From: an uncultured Gammaproteobacteria bacterium
Lineage (GTDB): Bacteria > Pseudomonadota > Gammaproteobacteria > JAADHQ01
Direction of reading: 5' to 3'
Length of the DNA stretch: 64,000 nucleotides
Assembly: GCA_947258755.1 (NCBI GenBank)
Contig: CAMYJO010000002.1
Location: forward strand, 208,909 to 272,908
Shown: in pieces, positions 20,708 to 31,829 of the stretch
Layout of the letters: each line of letters starts with the position of its first letter
How positions within the stretch are numbered: position 1 is the first letter of the stretch
Notes under the pieces: generated by a model
The model's database searches: none
Told to the model about the DNA's origin: nothing
What the model saw: only the letters and a program-made list of their open reading frames with translations
Program-made: the position numbers and the translations under genes

Positions 20708-21350
20708 TCAGTAGTAGCGGTTTTTCCATTACTTCACCATCCAGACAGGCTTGACCATTGATGAGTTGCAGCCTTTTTTCGGCAAACCATTGTATGGCCT
20801 GGCGGTATAAACGGTGTTCCTGCTGCAGTAATCTGTTTGCCAGACCCTCGGCATCGTCATTTTCCAGTACCGGTACCTGTACCTGTATGACCACAGGACC
20901 GCCATCCAGTTCAGTAGTGACAAAATGAATACTGGCGCCATGCACATCATCACCATTATCGAGGACACGCTGGTGTGTGTTCAGGCCAGTGTATTTTGGT
21001 AAAAGTGATGGGTGTATATTGAGCATACGCCCCAGATAATGCTGTACAAATTCCTCGCCCAGAATGCGCATAAAACCGGCCAGAACAAGCAGCTGCGGCT
21101 GATATTGGTCAATGCTTTGTCGCAGTGCCTGTTCGAAGGCTTCGCGGCTGGCGAAGGCGCTATGGTCAATGGTCTCGGTCGGGATACCTGCTGCACGCGC
21201 ATGTTCAAGGCCGGCGGCACCGGGACGGTTGCTGATAACGGCCTTGATATCGATAGCTAGCTCATCCTGCTGCATGCCCTCGATGATGGATTGCAGATTG
21301 CTGCCGCGGCCTGAGATCAGCACAACCACCGGGGTTCTGGGTTTACTCAT
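20697..21350 (-). CDS. purN: Phosphoribosylglycinamide formyltransferase
   Basis: ISGRGSNL, LAGFMRIL, NIHPSLLP, LDGGP. Confidence 0.97.
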   Translation of the reverse strand: MSKPRTPVVVLISGRGSNLQSIIEGMQQDELAIDIKAVISNRPGAAGLEHARAAGIPTETIDHSAFASREAFEQALRQSIDQYQPQLLVLAGFMRILGEEFVQHYLGRMLNIHPSLLPKYTGLNTHQRVLDNGDDVHGASIHFVTTELDGGPVVIQVQVPVLENDDAEGLANRLLQQEHRLYRQAIQWFAEKRLQLINGQACLDGEVMEKPLLLNDL

Positions 21351-21357
21351 AACAGTG

Positions 21358-22455
21358 TCAGCTGATCTGTACGCGCGGACCGTCGCCGCTATGCTGTTCT
21401 ATGCGGCCGATGACCTGTACCTGTTCGCCCTGATCTTGCAGGATAGCCAGTGTCTGGTCTACATCGGCAGGGTCTACACAAACAACCATGCCGATGCCGC
21501 AGTTAAAGGTCACGTACATATCTTCATCCTTGATATTGCCGTGTTGTTGCAGCCAGTCGAAGATAGGTGCTCGTGTCCAGCTATCGCTGTCGATCACGGC
21601 TGCCGTGCCTGCCGGCATCACCCGTGGCAGATTCTCGGTCAGGCCGCCGCCGGTAATATGGGCCAGGGCATGGACCTTGATCTGCTCGAATAGCTTCAGC
21701 AGCGGTTTGACATAGATGCGTGTGGGTTCAAGCAGGGCCTCACCGAGGCTACGCTTGTCGAATGCCTGGGTCAGGTCGGCGTCGGCCTGCTCCAGTACCT
21801 TTCTGATTAATGAATAACCGTTCGAATGCGGGCCCGATGATGCCAGTCCCAATATCACGTCGCCGGCCTTAACCTGAGAGCCGTCGATAATGTCTGCCTT
21901 TTCTACAATACCGACACAGAATCCAGCCAGGTCATAGTCGCCGTGCTCGTACATGCCGGGCATTTCAGCTGTTTCGCCCCCGGTTAGTGCTGCGCCGGCA
22001 AGCTCGCAGCCCTTGCCGATGCCGCGCATCACGTCCGCCGCTTCCTCGACATTCAGTGCGCCGGTAGCATAGTAATCGAGAAAATATAATGGTTCAGCAC
22101 CGCCCACGATCAGGTCATTGACGCACATCGCGACCAGGTCAATGCCGATGGTGTCGTGTTTATTCATTAACATGGCCAGCTTCAGTTTGGTGCCTACGCC
22201 ATCGGTGCCTGACACCAGGACCGGTTGCTGGTAACGATCCATCGGTAGCTCAAACAAAGCGCCGAAACCACCCAGTCCCGTCAACACCCCAGGCCTGAAT
22301 GTTTGTTTGGCTATGGGCTTGATACGTTCGACCAGCTCATTTCCGGCGTCGATATCTACACCGGCATCACGGTAATTGAGTGATTTTCCGGTCTGTTGTG
22401 ATTCGCTGTTGTTGGAATCATGGGTCACAATGCTGGTCTCCTGTAAAATGGCCAT
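21358..22455 (-). CDS. purM: Phosphoribosylformylglycinamidine cyclo-ligase (AIR synthase)
   Basis: [39 protein letters not shown]. Confidence 0.97.
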   Translation of the reverse strand: MAILQETSIVTHDSNNSESQQTGKSLNYRDAGVDIDAGNELVERIKPIAKQTFRPGVLTGLGGFGALFELPMDRYQQPVLVSGTDGVGTKLKLAMLMNKHDTIGIDLVAMCVNDLIVGGAEPLYFLDYYATGALNVEEAADVMRGIGKGCELAGAALTGGETAEMPGMYEHGDYDLAGFCVGIVEKADIIDGSQVKAGDVILGLASSGPHSNGYSLIRKVLEQADADLTQAFDKRSLGEALLEPTRIYVKPLLKLFEQIKVHALAHITGGGLTENLPRVMPAGTAAVIDSDSWTRAPIFDWLQQHGNIKDEDMYVTFNCGIGMVVCVDPADVDQTLAILQDQGEQVQVIGRIEQHSGDGPRVQIS

Positions 22456-22530
22456 TAACCCGATAGCGCATGTGGTGTAACATGGCTGTCAGGACAAAAA
22501 CTATGTTATTTTACACTGTCATGGCACATT

Positions 22531-23679
22531 ATGGGTAATATTGCTGAATTTATGACTGAAATAGACAAAACAAGAATGCACACAGTGCTCATGGCCCTGA
22601 TGTTGTGGCTGTCGCCAGGCCTGCTCAGTGCCTCGGTCCAGGTCAAGAAATTGTATGATTTTGAGGTCTCTGTACGCGATCAGGGCGCGGCTGAACGCCA
22701 ACGGGCCATGCAGCTGGGGCTGACTACCGTGGTCAGGCGCCTGTCCGGGTCTAAAGGCATGCAGCAGCTGAGCGATACAAAATCGGTACTTAAACGTGCG
22801 CCGAAATATGTTGAGCAATACCGCTATCGCAAGTCCACCAGCAGCAAAGCCGGTCTGAAATTATGGATGCGTTTTAATTCCAGGGCGCTGCAGACATTAT
22901 TAAGCAACCAGCAACTACCCGTCTGGGGCAGTAGCCGACCACAAACTTTGCTATGGCTTGCGATCGAGAACAATCGAGGCCGTTCCATTCTCAGTAATAA
23001 GAAGAGCAGTAGCTTCTACCGCAGTGTCATGTCTCATGCACATCGTCGGGGCTTGCCGCTAAGCCTGCCAAAAATGGATCGCGAAGATCGTGGCAAGGTG
23101 CGTATGGGTGATATCTGGGGAGGGTTTTCGACCTCAGTGAAGGTCGCCTCGGCGCGCTATAAGTACGATAACTTATTGATGGGTAAGATTTATAAGACCT
23201 CAGGTGGTTGGCGTTCTGAATGGACCCTGGTCAGGGGGGCGGCAGAAAAACGCTGGTCCGGCAGTGGTACTTATGCAGGGCAGGCCATTGCTGCAGGCAT
23301 AGACGGGCTGGCGGATCTGCTGGTGTCCAGTTACAGCGTCAGGGGTGATGGTACGCAGACCAGCTATCGAATCGCGATCAATCAGGTAAATTCTTTACAG
23401 GATTATGACCGCTGCAATCGCTACCTCAGCGGAATATCGTTGATCTCGGCATTCAACTTATTGAGTATTTCCCAAGATCGCCTGGTATATCAGATCAATC
23501 TACGCGGTAATGTGGATAGACTGGAGCGGGCCTTGAAATTGGAAAGGGGGTTGCAGGAGGATAATAGCAGCCGGCCCCAGGATGCTGTCGGCAGTGCAAT
23601 GACGAGCGTGCGCAGTCTGGGTACAACACTTAATCAGGCGCAGATGCCGATAACCTTCTATTACAGGTTGCGGCAGTGA
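22531..23679 (+). CDS. DUF2066-family exported protein
   Basis: Signal peptide, LPVWGSSRP, RRGLP; conserved divergent position upstream of purM. Confidence 0.75.
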   Translation: MGNIAEFMTEIDKTRMHTVLMALMLWLSPGLLSASVQVKKLYDFEVSVRDQGAAERQRAMQLGLTTVVRRLSGSKGMQQLSDTKSVLKRAPKYVEQYRYRKSTSSKAGLKLWMRFNSRALQTLLSNQQLPVWGSSRPQTLLWLAIENNRGRSILSNKKSSSFYRSVMSHAHRRGLPLSLPKMDREDRGKVRMGDIWGGFSTSVKVASARYKYDNLLMGKIYKTSGGWRSEWTLVRGAAEKRWSGSGTYAGQAIAAGIDGLADLLVSSYSVRGDGTQTSYRIAINQVNSLQDYDRCNRYLSGISLISAFNLLSISQDRLVYQINLRGNVDRLERALKLERGLQEDNSSRPQDAVGSAMTSVRSLGTTLNQAQMPITFYYRLRQ

Positions 23680-24227
23680 AGAAAAGTGACATTCCCAATG
23701 TCATTAGCCTGTTACGGCTGTTGTTGATTATCCCGATCCTGTGGTTTCTGTTGCGCGAGCGCTATGAACTGGCACTAATACTATTTGTCATTGCAGGATT
23801 ATCGGATGCTCTGGATGGTTACCTGGCGCGAAAATATCATTGGGGCAGTCATATTGGTGGTTGGCTGGATCCATTAGCCGACAAGGCCATGCAGGTGTCG
23901 GTGTATATCGGTTTGACCTGGTTGCAATTGATACCGGTGTGGCTATTACTGACTGTTATTCTCAGGGACCTGATCATCGTCGCTGGCGGTGTTTATTATT
24001 ACTATGCTGTCGAAAAGGTGAATGCGGCACCTTCGTTTATCAGTAAATTAAATACCTTGATGCAGATTCTGCTGGTTATTATTTTTCTGTTACATAAAAG
24101 TCTGATACCGATGCCTGAGATTATTCTGGACATCACTATCTATTCTGTATTGGCGACAACTGTATTAAGTGGTTTAGATTACGTTTTTACCTGGGGCAGA
24201 AAGGCATGGAAAGTAAAGCGTGGATAG
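23676..24227 (+). CDS. CDP-alcohol phosphatidyltransferase
   Basis: IPNVISLLR and the DALDGYLAR...GGWLDPLADK signature. Confidence 0.9.
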   Translation: MKKSDIPNVISLLRLLLIIPILWFLLRERYELALILFVIAGLSDALDGYLARKYHWGSHIGGWLDPLADKAMQVSVYIGLTWLQLIPVWLLLTVILRDLIIVAGGVYYYYAVEKVNAAPSFISKLNTLMQILLVIIFLLHKSLIPMPEIILDITIYSVLATTVLSGLDYVFTWGRKAWKVKRG

Positions 24228-24231
24228 TGGC

Positions 24232-25293
24232 ATGACAGATTCTCAAAAATGGTTATGGTTTGCAGGGATCATGGCGACGGGATGGTTGATCTACCTGCTT
24301 GCGCCGATATTATTTCCATTTCTGTTGGCCGCTTTGCTTGCTTACCTGGGTGACCCGTTGGCAGATAAGTTGCAATCCCTGCGCATGTCGCGTACCTGGG
24401 CTGTCATTGTTGTCTTCAGCGGCTTTCTGCTTGTGCTAATCCTGGCACTGTTGCTACTGGTGCCGCAGATTGAAAAGCAGATTGTGTATCTGTTGAGTAA
24501 ATTGCCTGATTATATCGATGCTATTCAACACAGGTTGATTCCGTGGCTGGCGGCCCAATTCGGGATCACTGAATTCCAGGTTGATATGAACACGCTCAAG
24601 CAGTGGTTGGCTGAGAACTGGAAGCAGGCCGGTGGCTTTGCCAAAGTCGTGCTGGGTTCACTGTCCAATTCCGGTCTGGCTCTGGTGGGGTTCATCGGTT
24701 CACTGGTGCTGACCCCGGTTGTGGCCTTCTATCTGTTGCGCGACTGGGATCATTTAATACAAAGGATCAGGGAGCTAGTGCCCCGGCGTATGGAACCGGA
24801 TGTCAGTAAGCTTGCGCATGAATCTGATCTGGTGCTTGGCGCCTTCATTCGCGGGCAGCTACTGGTGATGCTGGCTTTGGGCATTGTCTACAGTATCGGG
24901 CTGTGGCTGGCAGGATTGAAATTGGCATTATTGATCGGTCTGTTGGCGGGGCTGGTCAGTTTTGTTCCTTATCTGGGTTTTATTGTCGGTGTCCTTGCTG
25001 CTGGAGTCGCCATGGTCTTGCAGACGAATGAACTAACCGGGCTGCTTTATGTGTTTGCTGTATTCGGTGTTGGCCAGCTACTCGAGAGTGTTATCTTGAC
25101 GCCGATGCTGGTTGGCGATCGTATCGGCCTGCATCCCGTAGCGGTTATTTTTGCGGTCATGGCGGGTGGCCAGCTATTTGGATTCATGGGCGTGTTGTTG
25201 GCGTTGCCGGTGGCCGCGGTGCTAGCGGTGGTGCTCAGGCACATACATGAAGGTTATGTCAAAAGCCCGCTTTATGATAATCGTGCCGCCTGA
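24232..25293 (+). CDS. AI-2E (PerM) family transporter
   Basis: Multi-TM; FIRGQ, FVPYLG, GLHPVAVIFA, LLALPVAA. Confidence 0.9.
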   Translation: MTDSQKWLWFAGIMATGWLIYLLAPILFPFLLAALLAYLGDPLADKLQSLRMSRTWAVIVVFSGFLLVLILALLLLVPQIEKQIVYLLSKLPDYIDAIQHRLIPWLAAQFGITEFQVDMNTLKQWLAENWKQAGGFAKVVLGSLSNSGLALVGFIGSLVLTPVVAFYLLRDWDHLIQRIRELVPRRMEPDVSKLAHESDLVLGAFIRGQLLVMLALGIVYSIGLWLAGLKLALLIGLLAGLVSFVPYLGFIVGVLAAGVAMVLQTNELTGLLYVFAVFGVGQLLESVILTPMLVGDRIGLHPVAVIFAVMAGGQLFGFMGVLLALPVAAVLAVVLRHIHEGYVKSPLYDNRAA

Positions 25294-25327
25294 ATTTTTG
25301 CCGACTGCTTAACGCGAATACAATACC

Positions 25328-26026
25328 ATGCAATTACCCTTGGCTATACAGATCAGTGAAGCGGCGAGCCTGGAAAATTTTCTTTGTCCGAGTGATGACT
25401 TTCTGATCGCCAGTCTACGTCAGCTTGCCGTCGAGGACAGTCGCGCGGTCACTTATCTCTGGGGCGCAAGCGGTAGTGGCAAGACGCATTTGTTACAAGC
25501 GGTCTGTCGCCAGGCCGGCCTATCAAATCAACTTAGCGCTTATCTGCCGTTGGCGGAGCTAAGTACGTATCCACCGACAATGCTGGAGGGCATGGAAAGC
25601 GCCGCGGTGATTTGTGTCGATGACGTACAGATGTTGCACGCTAAGCCCGAGTGGCAACAGGCTTTATTTAATTTATTCAACCGCGTTTATGAACAGGGTG
25701 GAAGAATGCTGTTTGCAGCGACGGCAAGTCCGACTGAATTGGATCTGAGCTTGGCGGACCTGGTGTCACGCCTGCAATCCGGGCCGGTTTTTCAGGTGTC
25801 GGTACTAAGCGATGAGCTCAAGCTGGAGGCGCTGCAGTTGCGCGCCCGACAACGCGGACTGGTACTCGAACAAGAGCCGGCTAAATACCTACTAAATCGC
25901 TTTCCGCGTGACCTTAATGCCTTGTTTGAGGTGTTGGATAAACTCGATCAGGCGTCATTGATTAAGCAGCGACGTATTACTATACCGTTTATTCGCGAGG
26001 TTTTTGCTGGCCGAATGCCTACCTGA
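25328..26026 (+). CDS. hda: DnaA regulatory inactivator Hda
   Basis: Clamp-binding QLPL, GSGKTHLL, LFNLFN, DLVSRL, LDQASL..QRRITIPF. Confidence 0.93.
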   Translation: MQLPLAIQISEAASLENFLCPSDDFLIASLRQLAVEDSRAVTYLWGASGSGKTHLLQAVCRQAGLSNQLSAYLPLAELSTYPPTMLEGMESAAVICVDDVQMLHAKPEWQQALFNLFNRVYEQGGRMLFAATASPTELDLSLADLVSRLQSGPVFQVSVLSDELKLEALQLRARQRGLVLEQEPAKYLLNRFPRDLNALFEVLDKLDQASLIKQRRITIPFIREVFAGRMPT

Positions 26027-26097
26027 TCCTACGCTGTAATCTATAGCAGCGGTAAACAATCTGTTGGTAACAGCTTTAATCCTTAGAGCCTAAGCAC

Positions 26098-27436
<1,339 letters not shown>

Positions 27437-27829
27437 GGCGGTGGTGGGCCTCTTACCGAAAAATGCAGGATCAGGAGTGTATCGTTTGCCAGAATCGGCT
27501 GTCAAAAGCCATTTTATTTGTACTATCCTTAAATGAGCAGATGAACTTACTAAAGTAAGTCTATACTGTACCGATATGCTGAGTGTTATATCAGGATTAG
27601 ATTAATTCGCTAATTATGTGATTTTTTTAGTGAATTTACTTGACACCTCAATAAGTAGGGTGTTTACTAGCAAATATGTAAAGCACTGTAACTGATTCTA
27701 ATCAAAGGATATATTAATAAAAAGCTAAAGCGTTTGATATATCCAATTTAACATAGTGTCAGTTGTAATAATTTTAGCCGTCATTGGATTTTATTAATTA
27801 AGTATTGATGTTATTGGAGTGGATGAGCA

Positions 27830-28459
27830 ATGAAAATAGAGAGTAAAATTAAACACTTAGCTGTCGCCCTATTGACCGTGAGTATGGCCGTCGGTTGTGC
27901 CAGCCAACAAAAACAAGATACTGCTCCGGCTGCTGATACTGGTCCCAGCGCATCATCTGCTGCCATCGCCAACGCCAAAGCGGCCATCAAAAAGGCCACC
28001 TCGTTGGGTTACGTGTGGCGCGATACAGGCAAGATTCTGAAAAAGGCCGAAGCGGCTGCGAAAAAAGGCGATGAGTCCGCTGCGGTTAAACTGGCCAACG
28101 AAGCGCGTACGCAAGCCGAACTGGCCGTCAAGCAGTATTATCTCGAACAAGGTATGGATCGTAGTCTGCCAAGCGCAGACACATCAACTAGCTCATACAA
28201 CGTTGTCAGAGGTGACAGTCTTTGGGGTATCGCCGGAAAGGACAGTATTTACGGCAATCCATACCAGTGGCCACTGATCTACAAATCCAATAGCGACAAG
28301 ATCAAGGACGCCGATCTGATTTATCCTGGTCAGGAATTTGATATCAATAACAGCCCCAGTGATGCGGAAGTTGGTGCTGCAGTCAGTCATGCGAAAACAC
28401 GAGGTGCGTGGAGCATCGGAGCCGTGGAAGCAACTGACAAGGCCTATTTAGGAAACTAA
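27830..28459 (+). CDS. Lipoprotein with a SoxK-like helical domain and a C-terminal LysM domain
   Basis: Lipobox AVGC, Ala/Lys helices around VWRDTGKIL, and LysM YNVVRGDSLWGIA...WPLIY..N..I.DADLIYPGQ. Confidence 0.85.
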   Translation: MKIESKIKHLAVALLTVSMAVGCASQQKQDTAPAADTGPSASSAAIANAKAAIKKATSLGYVWRDTGKILKKAEAAAKKGDESAAVKLANEARTQAELAVKQYYLEQGMDRSLPSADTSTSSYNVVRGDSLWGIAGKDSIYGNPYQWPLIYKSNSDKIKDADLIYPGQEFDINNSPSDAEVGAAVSHAKTRGAWSIGAVEATDKAYLGN

Positions 28460-28477
28460 TTAGTGCTTGATTCACAT

Positions 28478-28509
28478 AAAAAGGGGCTCCTTGTAGGATC
28501 TCCTTTTTT
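28478..28509 (+). terminator. Rho-independent terminator of the LysM gene
   Basis: Imperfect hairpin GGGGCTCCT-TGT-AGGATCTCC followed by TTTTTT. Confidence 0.6.
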
Positions 28510-28561
28510 AGTAGATAGCCCCTTTTTTTCAGATCAGTTATTGATCCCTATGGGTTGGTAA

Positions 28562-28594
28562 TTGACGTTACTCATACATTTTTTAATGTATGAG
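28562..28594 (+). promoter_or_regulatory. Operator-like perfect inverted repeat next to a TTGACG -35-like hexamer
   Basis: CTCATACATT-TTTT-AATGTATGAG (28571-28594), 33 nt before the STAS ATG. Confidence 0.5.
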
Positions 28595-28627
28595 AGACAT
28601 GGATCTGCTGTTATGCATAGGTAGGAA

Positions 28628-28999
28628 ATGCCAGTAGAATCTTCACTCTCCTCTGATGGAAGTGTATTGAATTTAGTATTAAGCGGTGTATTTGATATTA
28701 ATCGATCACTTCAGCTGCAGGATATAATCAGTTCGTTTCCGGATACTGTCAGAGTTATTCGTATCGATCTGCAGGCTGTCACCAGCATGGATGCGACTAT
28801 TTTTTCGACATTGATATTGCTTCACTTTGAAAAAGACAGAAGATCGAGCATTGAATTAATTAATTGCGATAAGCCCCTGGCTCGACGTCTTTCACTGGCC
28901 GGGCTGAATCGATTGATCACCATCAGGATGTCTGCAACTGATACAGAATCCGGCTCACAGTTAGCCGCTGACGGCGACATAGCTAAAGATCATCAATGA
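28628..28999 (+). CDS. STAS-domain protein (anti-sigma antagonist/MlaB-like)
   Basis: LSGVFD, IDLQAVTSMDAT, LSLAGLNRLI; AGGA RBS. Confidence 0.75.
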   Translation: MPVESSLSSDGSVLNLVLSGVFDINRSLQLQDIISSFPDTVRVIRIDLQAVTSMDATIFSTLILLHFEKDRRSSIELINCDKPLARRLSLAGLNRLITIRMSATDTESGSQLAADGDIAKDHQ

Positions 29000-29417
29000 G
29001 ATAAGCGATCGGCTCACCTGCATCTTCCTCACTAATGGCAAAGTGCTTAATGGAAATGCCGGCCATTTCAACCGATGATTGCTCACCACTGACTAATGGA
29101 TGCCATTCCGGTAGGTCTTTACCATCGGCAAGCCTGCGATAAGCGCAGGATTCAGGTAACCATTTCAGGCTGTTATACAAATCATGTTGCAAGGAAATAC
29201 AATCGGGAACGAAGGTAAAACGTTCGGGATAATTCTTGCAGCGACAGTTCTCCAGATCGAGTAATTTACAGGCGATACGCGTGTAGTGCAGTTTACCGGT
29301 GTCAGTATCTTCGAGTTTATGCAGGCAGCAACGCCCACATCCATCACAGACCGATTCCCATTCCTGTGAACTGAATTCATGCAGTTTTTTGTGTTTCCAG
29401 AAAGGCGCTTGAGTCAC
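28983..29417 (-). CDS. YcgN-family cysteine cluster protein
   Basis: EWESVCDGCGRCCLHKL, WLPESCAYR, WHPLVSG. GTG start at 29417. Confidence 0.9.
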   Translation of the reverse strand: MTQAPFWKHKKLHEFSSQEWESVCDGCGRCCLHKLEDTDTGKLHYTRIACKLLDLENCRCKNYPERFTFVPDCISLQHDLYNSLKWLPESCAYRRLADGKDLPEWHPLVSGEQSSVEMAGISIKHFAISEEDAGEPIAYLIDDL

Positions 29418-29421
29418 GTTG

Positions 29422-30948
29422 TTATTTCTGCGGTAGCGGGACTTCAATTTTGCCGATACGTTGCCGCCATTCGAGTGGTGCGCTTTGGTGAACGGAATGT
29501 CCGTCACTGTCGACTGCCACCGTGACCGGCATGTCACGTACTTCAAATTCATACACGGCCTCCATGCCGAGTTCGGCAAAGGCCACAACCCTGGATGAGC
29601 GAATGGCCTTGGCGACCAGGTAGGCGGCGCCACCTGTGGCGATCAGGTAGATTGAACGGTATTTTTTAATCGCTGCTATTGCCTCGGGTCCTCTCTCAGC
29701 TTTGCCGATCATACCGAGCAAGCCGGTTTTCGACAGCATTATATCGGTAAACTTATCCATGCGTGTCGCCGTGGTTGGACCAGCCGGCCCGACCACTTCG
29801 TCGCCGACCGGGTCAACAGGACCGACATAGTAGATAAATCGATTGTGGAAATCGAGTCCCTCAGGCAGAGGCTCGCCCTGTTCAAGCAATGTGGCTATTT
29901 TTTTATGTGCAGCATCTCGACCGGTGAGTAAATGCCCGCTCAGTAACAGGGTCTCGCCCGGTTTCCAATCGTGTATATCATCAGCGCTGATAGCATCGAT
30001 GTTCACTTTACGTGCATGGCTGGGATCCCATTCAATCTTTGGCCAGCGATCGAGATCAGGTGGCTCCAGCCTGGCTGGTCCACTGCCGTCAAGGAAGAAA
30101 TGTGCATGGCGGGTAGCGGCACAGTTCGGGATCATCGCCACTGGCATCGAGGCCGCATGCGTAGGGTAGTCCAGGATCTTGACGTCCAGTACCGTTACCA
30201 GCCCACCCAGGCCCTGCGCGCCGATGCCTAGTGCGTTGACCTTTTCATACAATTCCAGGCGCAATGCGTCGATGGTATTGGATGCTCCTTGCTTGATCAG
30301 TTGCTGAATATTGATCGGCTCCATCATCGCCTGTTTGGCCAACAACATGGCCTTTTCCGCAGTGCCGCCGATACCGATACTTAAAATCCCAGGAGGACAC
30401 CAGCCGGCACCGAGTTCAGACACTGTGTTCAGGACCCAGTCGACGATATTGTCGCTCGGATTCAGCACCGCAAATTTAGCCTTGTTTTCCGAGCCGCCGC
30501 CCTTAGCTGCGACCAGGACTTCCACTTTATTGCCCGGCACCAGGCGGGTGTGAATAACGGCCGGGGTATTGTCGCCGGTGTTTTTCCTGTTGCCGGCCGG
30601 ATCACTAACAATCGATGCACGCAAGACATTTTCCGGTAACAGGTAGGCGCGGCTGACGGCGCGATTAACCATATCCTCGACGCCGATGTCGGCATCCCAG
30701 CGGATATCCATGCCAATGTTGAGGAATATAGTGACAATGCCGGTATCCTGACAAATGGGTCGATGGCCGAGCGCACACATACGGGAATTGACCAGGATTT
30801 GCGCGATTGCATCCTTGGCCGCCGTCGATTCTTCCTGCTCATAGGCCGATTTCATCGCTTCGATAAAATCAACTGGATGGAAATAGGAGATGTATTGCAA
30901 GGCATCTGCAATACTGCTGATAAAGTCTTCCTGGCGGATAATGGTCAT
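29422..30948 (-). CDS. fumA: Class I (Fe-S) fumarate hydratase
   Basis: RPICQDTG, KGGGSEN, GWCPPG, NCAATRH, TGRDAAH, GPTTATRM. Confidence 0.93.
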   Translation of the reverse strand: MTIIRQEDFISSIADALQYISYFHPVDFIEAMKSAYEQEESTAAKDAIAQILVNSRMCALGHRPICQDTGIVTIFLNIGMDIRWDADIGVEDMVNRAVSRAYLLPENVLRASIVSDPAGNRKNTGDNTPAVIHTRLVPGNKVEVLVAAKGGGSENKAKFAVLNPSDNIVDWVLNTVSELGAGWCPPGILSIGIGGTAEKAMLLAKQAMMEPINIQQLIKQGASNTIDALRLELYEKVNALGIGAQGLGGLVTVLDVKILDYPTHAASMPVAMIPNCAATRHAHFFLDGSGPARLEPPDLDRWPKIEWDPSHARKVNIDAISADDIHDWKPGETLLLSGHLLTGRDAAHKKIATLLEQGEPLPEGLDFHNRFIYYVGPVDPVGDEVVGPAGPTTATRMDKFTDIMLSKTGLLGMIGKAERGPEAIAAIKKYRSIYLIATGGAAYLVAKAIRSSRVVAFAELGMEAVYEFEVRDMPVTVAVDSDGHSVHQSAPLEWRQRIGKIEVPLPQK

Positions 30949-31140
30949 AGCTCTATTTTACCTGAACTTTTACAGGTTATATCAGTCTTATTTTAATATA
31001 TTATATGCGCTGAGATAATAAATTATATGCCCCTTGTGAATATATTATTTTCGCCAAGGCCTGTTATGCTAATTACCGTGCAGGATTCATCAGCAACGCA
31101 TGCCTGTAACATAACATAAGCCACAAAATGGAGTGTTGAT

Positions 31141-31692
31141 ATGGTTCGTTTGTATCACCTGATCACCGGCCTGATACTGGTGCTGATGTTGGGAAGTGCC
31201 TCTGCCGAGTTACCGCGAGACCCGGCCGAGTTCTTTTTCGAGCATACCCTGGGTGATTTGACCGCTGACCTGGAAGAAGCCAAAGCCAATAATAAGAAAG
31301 GCGTGTTACTGTTCTTCGAACAGGAGGAATGTCCTTTCTGTCATCGCATGAAAACGACCATCCTCAATCAAGTCAAGGTGCAGGATTATTTCCAACAACG
31401 CTTCCTGGTACTGAGTATAGATATCGAGAGTGATGAAGAGCTAAGGGATTTTGCCGGCAATGAGACGACGAAGAAAAAATTCTTTGCCAAGATTGCAAAA
31501 AATCGTGGGGCAACACCGGTGTTCGCCTTTTTTGATTTGCAAGGCAAGTTGGTGGTGCGCTATACCGGAGCCGCCTCGGGTGTAGACGAGTTTATCTGGT
31601 TGGGTGAATACGCCAGTCAAAAAGTCTATAAAAAGATGCCATTTTCCAAGTACAAGCGCGAGAAACGCCGCCAACACCGTCAGTCCAGTTAG
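31141..31692 (+). CDS. Periplasmic thioredoxin-fold protein, SoxW-like
   Basis: Signal peptide ending ASA, FFEQEECPFCHRM (CxxC), cis-Pro motif ATP. Confidence 0.8.
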   Translation: MVRLYHLITGLILVLMLGSASAELPRDPAEFFFEHTLGDLTADLEEAKANNKKGVLLFFEQEECPFCHRMKTTILNQVKVQDYFQQRFLVLSIDIESDEELRDFAGNETTKKKFFAKIAKNRGATPVFAFFDLQGKLVVRYTGAASGVDEFIWLGEYASQKVYKKMPFSKYKREKRRQHRQSS

Positions 31693-31829
31693 GCTGTTTG
31701 CTCAGGTGATATCGCGATCAGGCACATGAATGTCTTTGAAGGCGCATAGCGACTGAGGTATGTTAATGACGGGAAGAATAGATTTCAGTTCATCGAATGC
31801 ATGTCTGAATTAATAAAAAGGTCGTCTGC

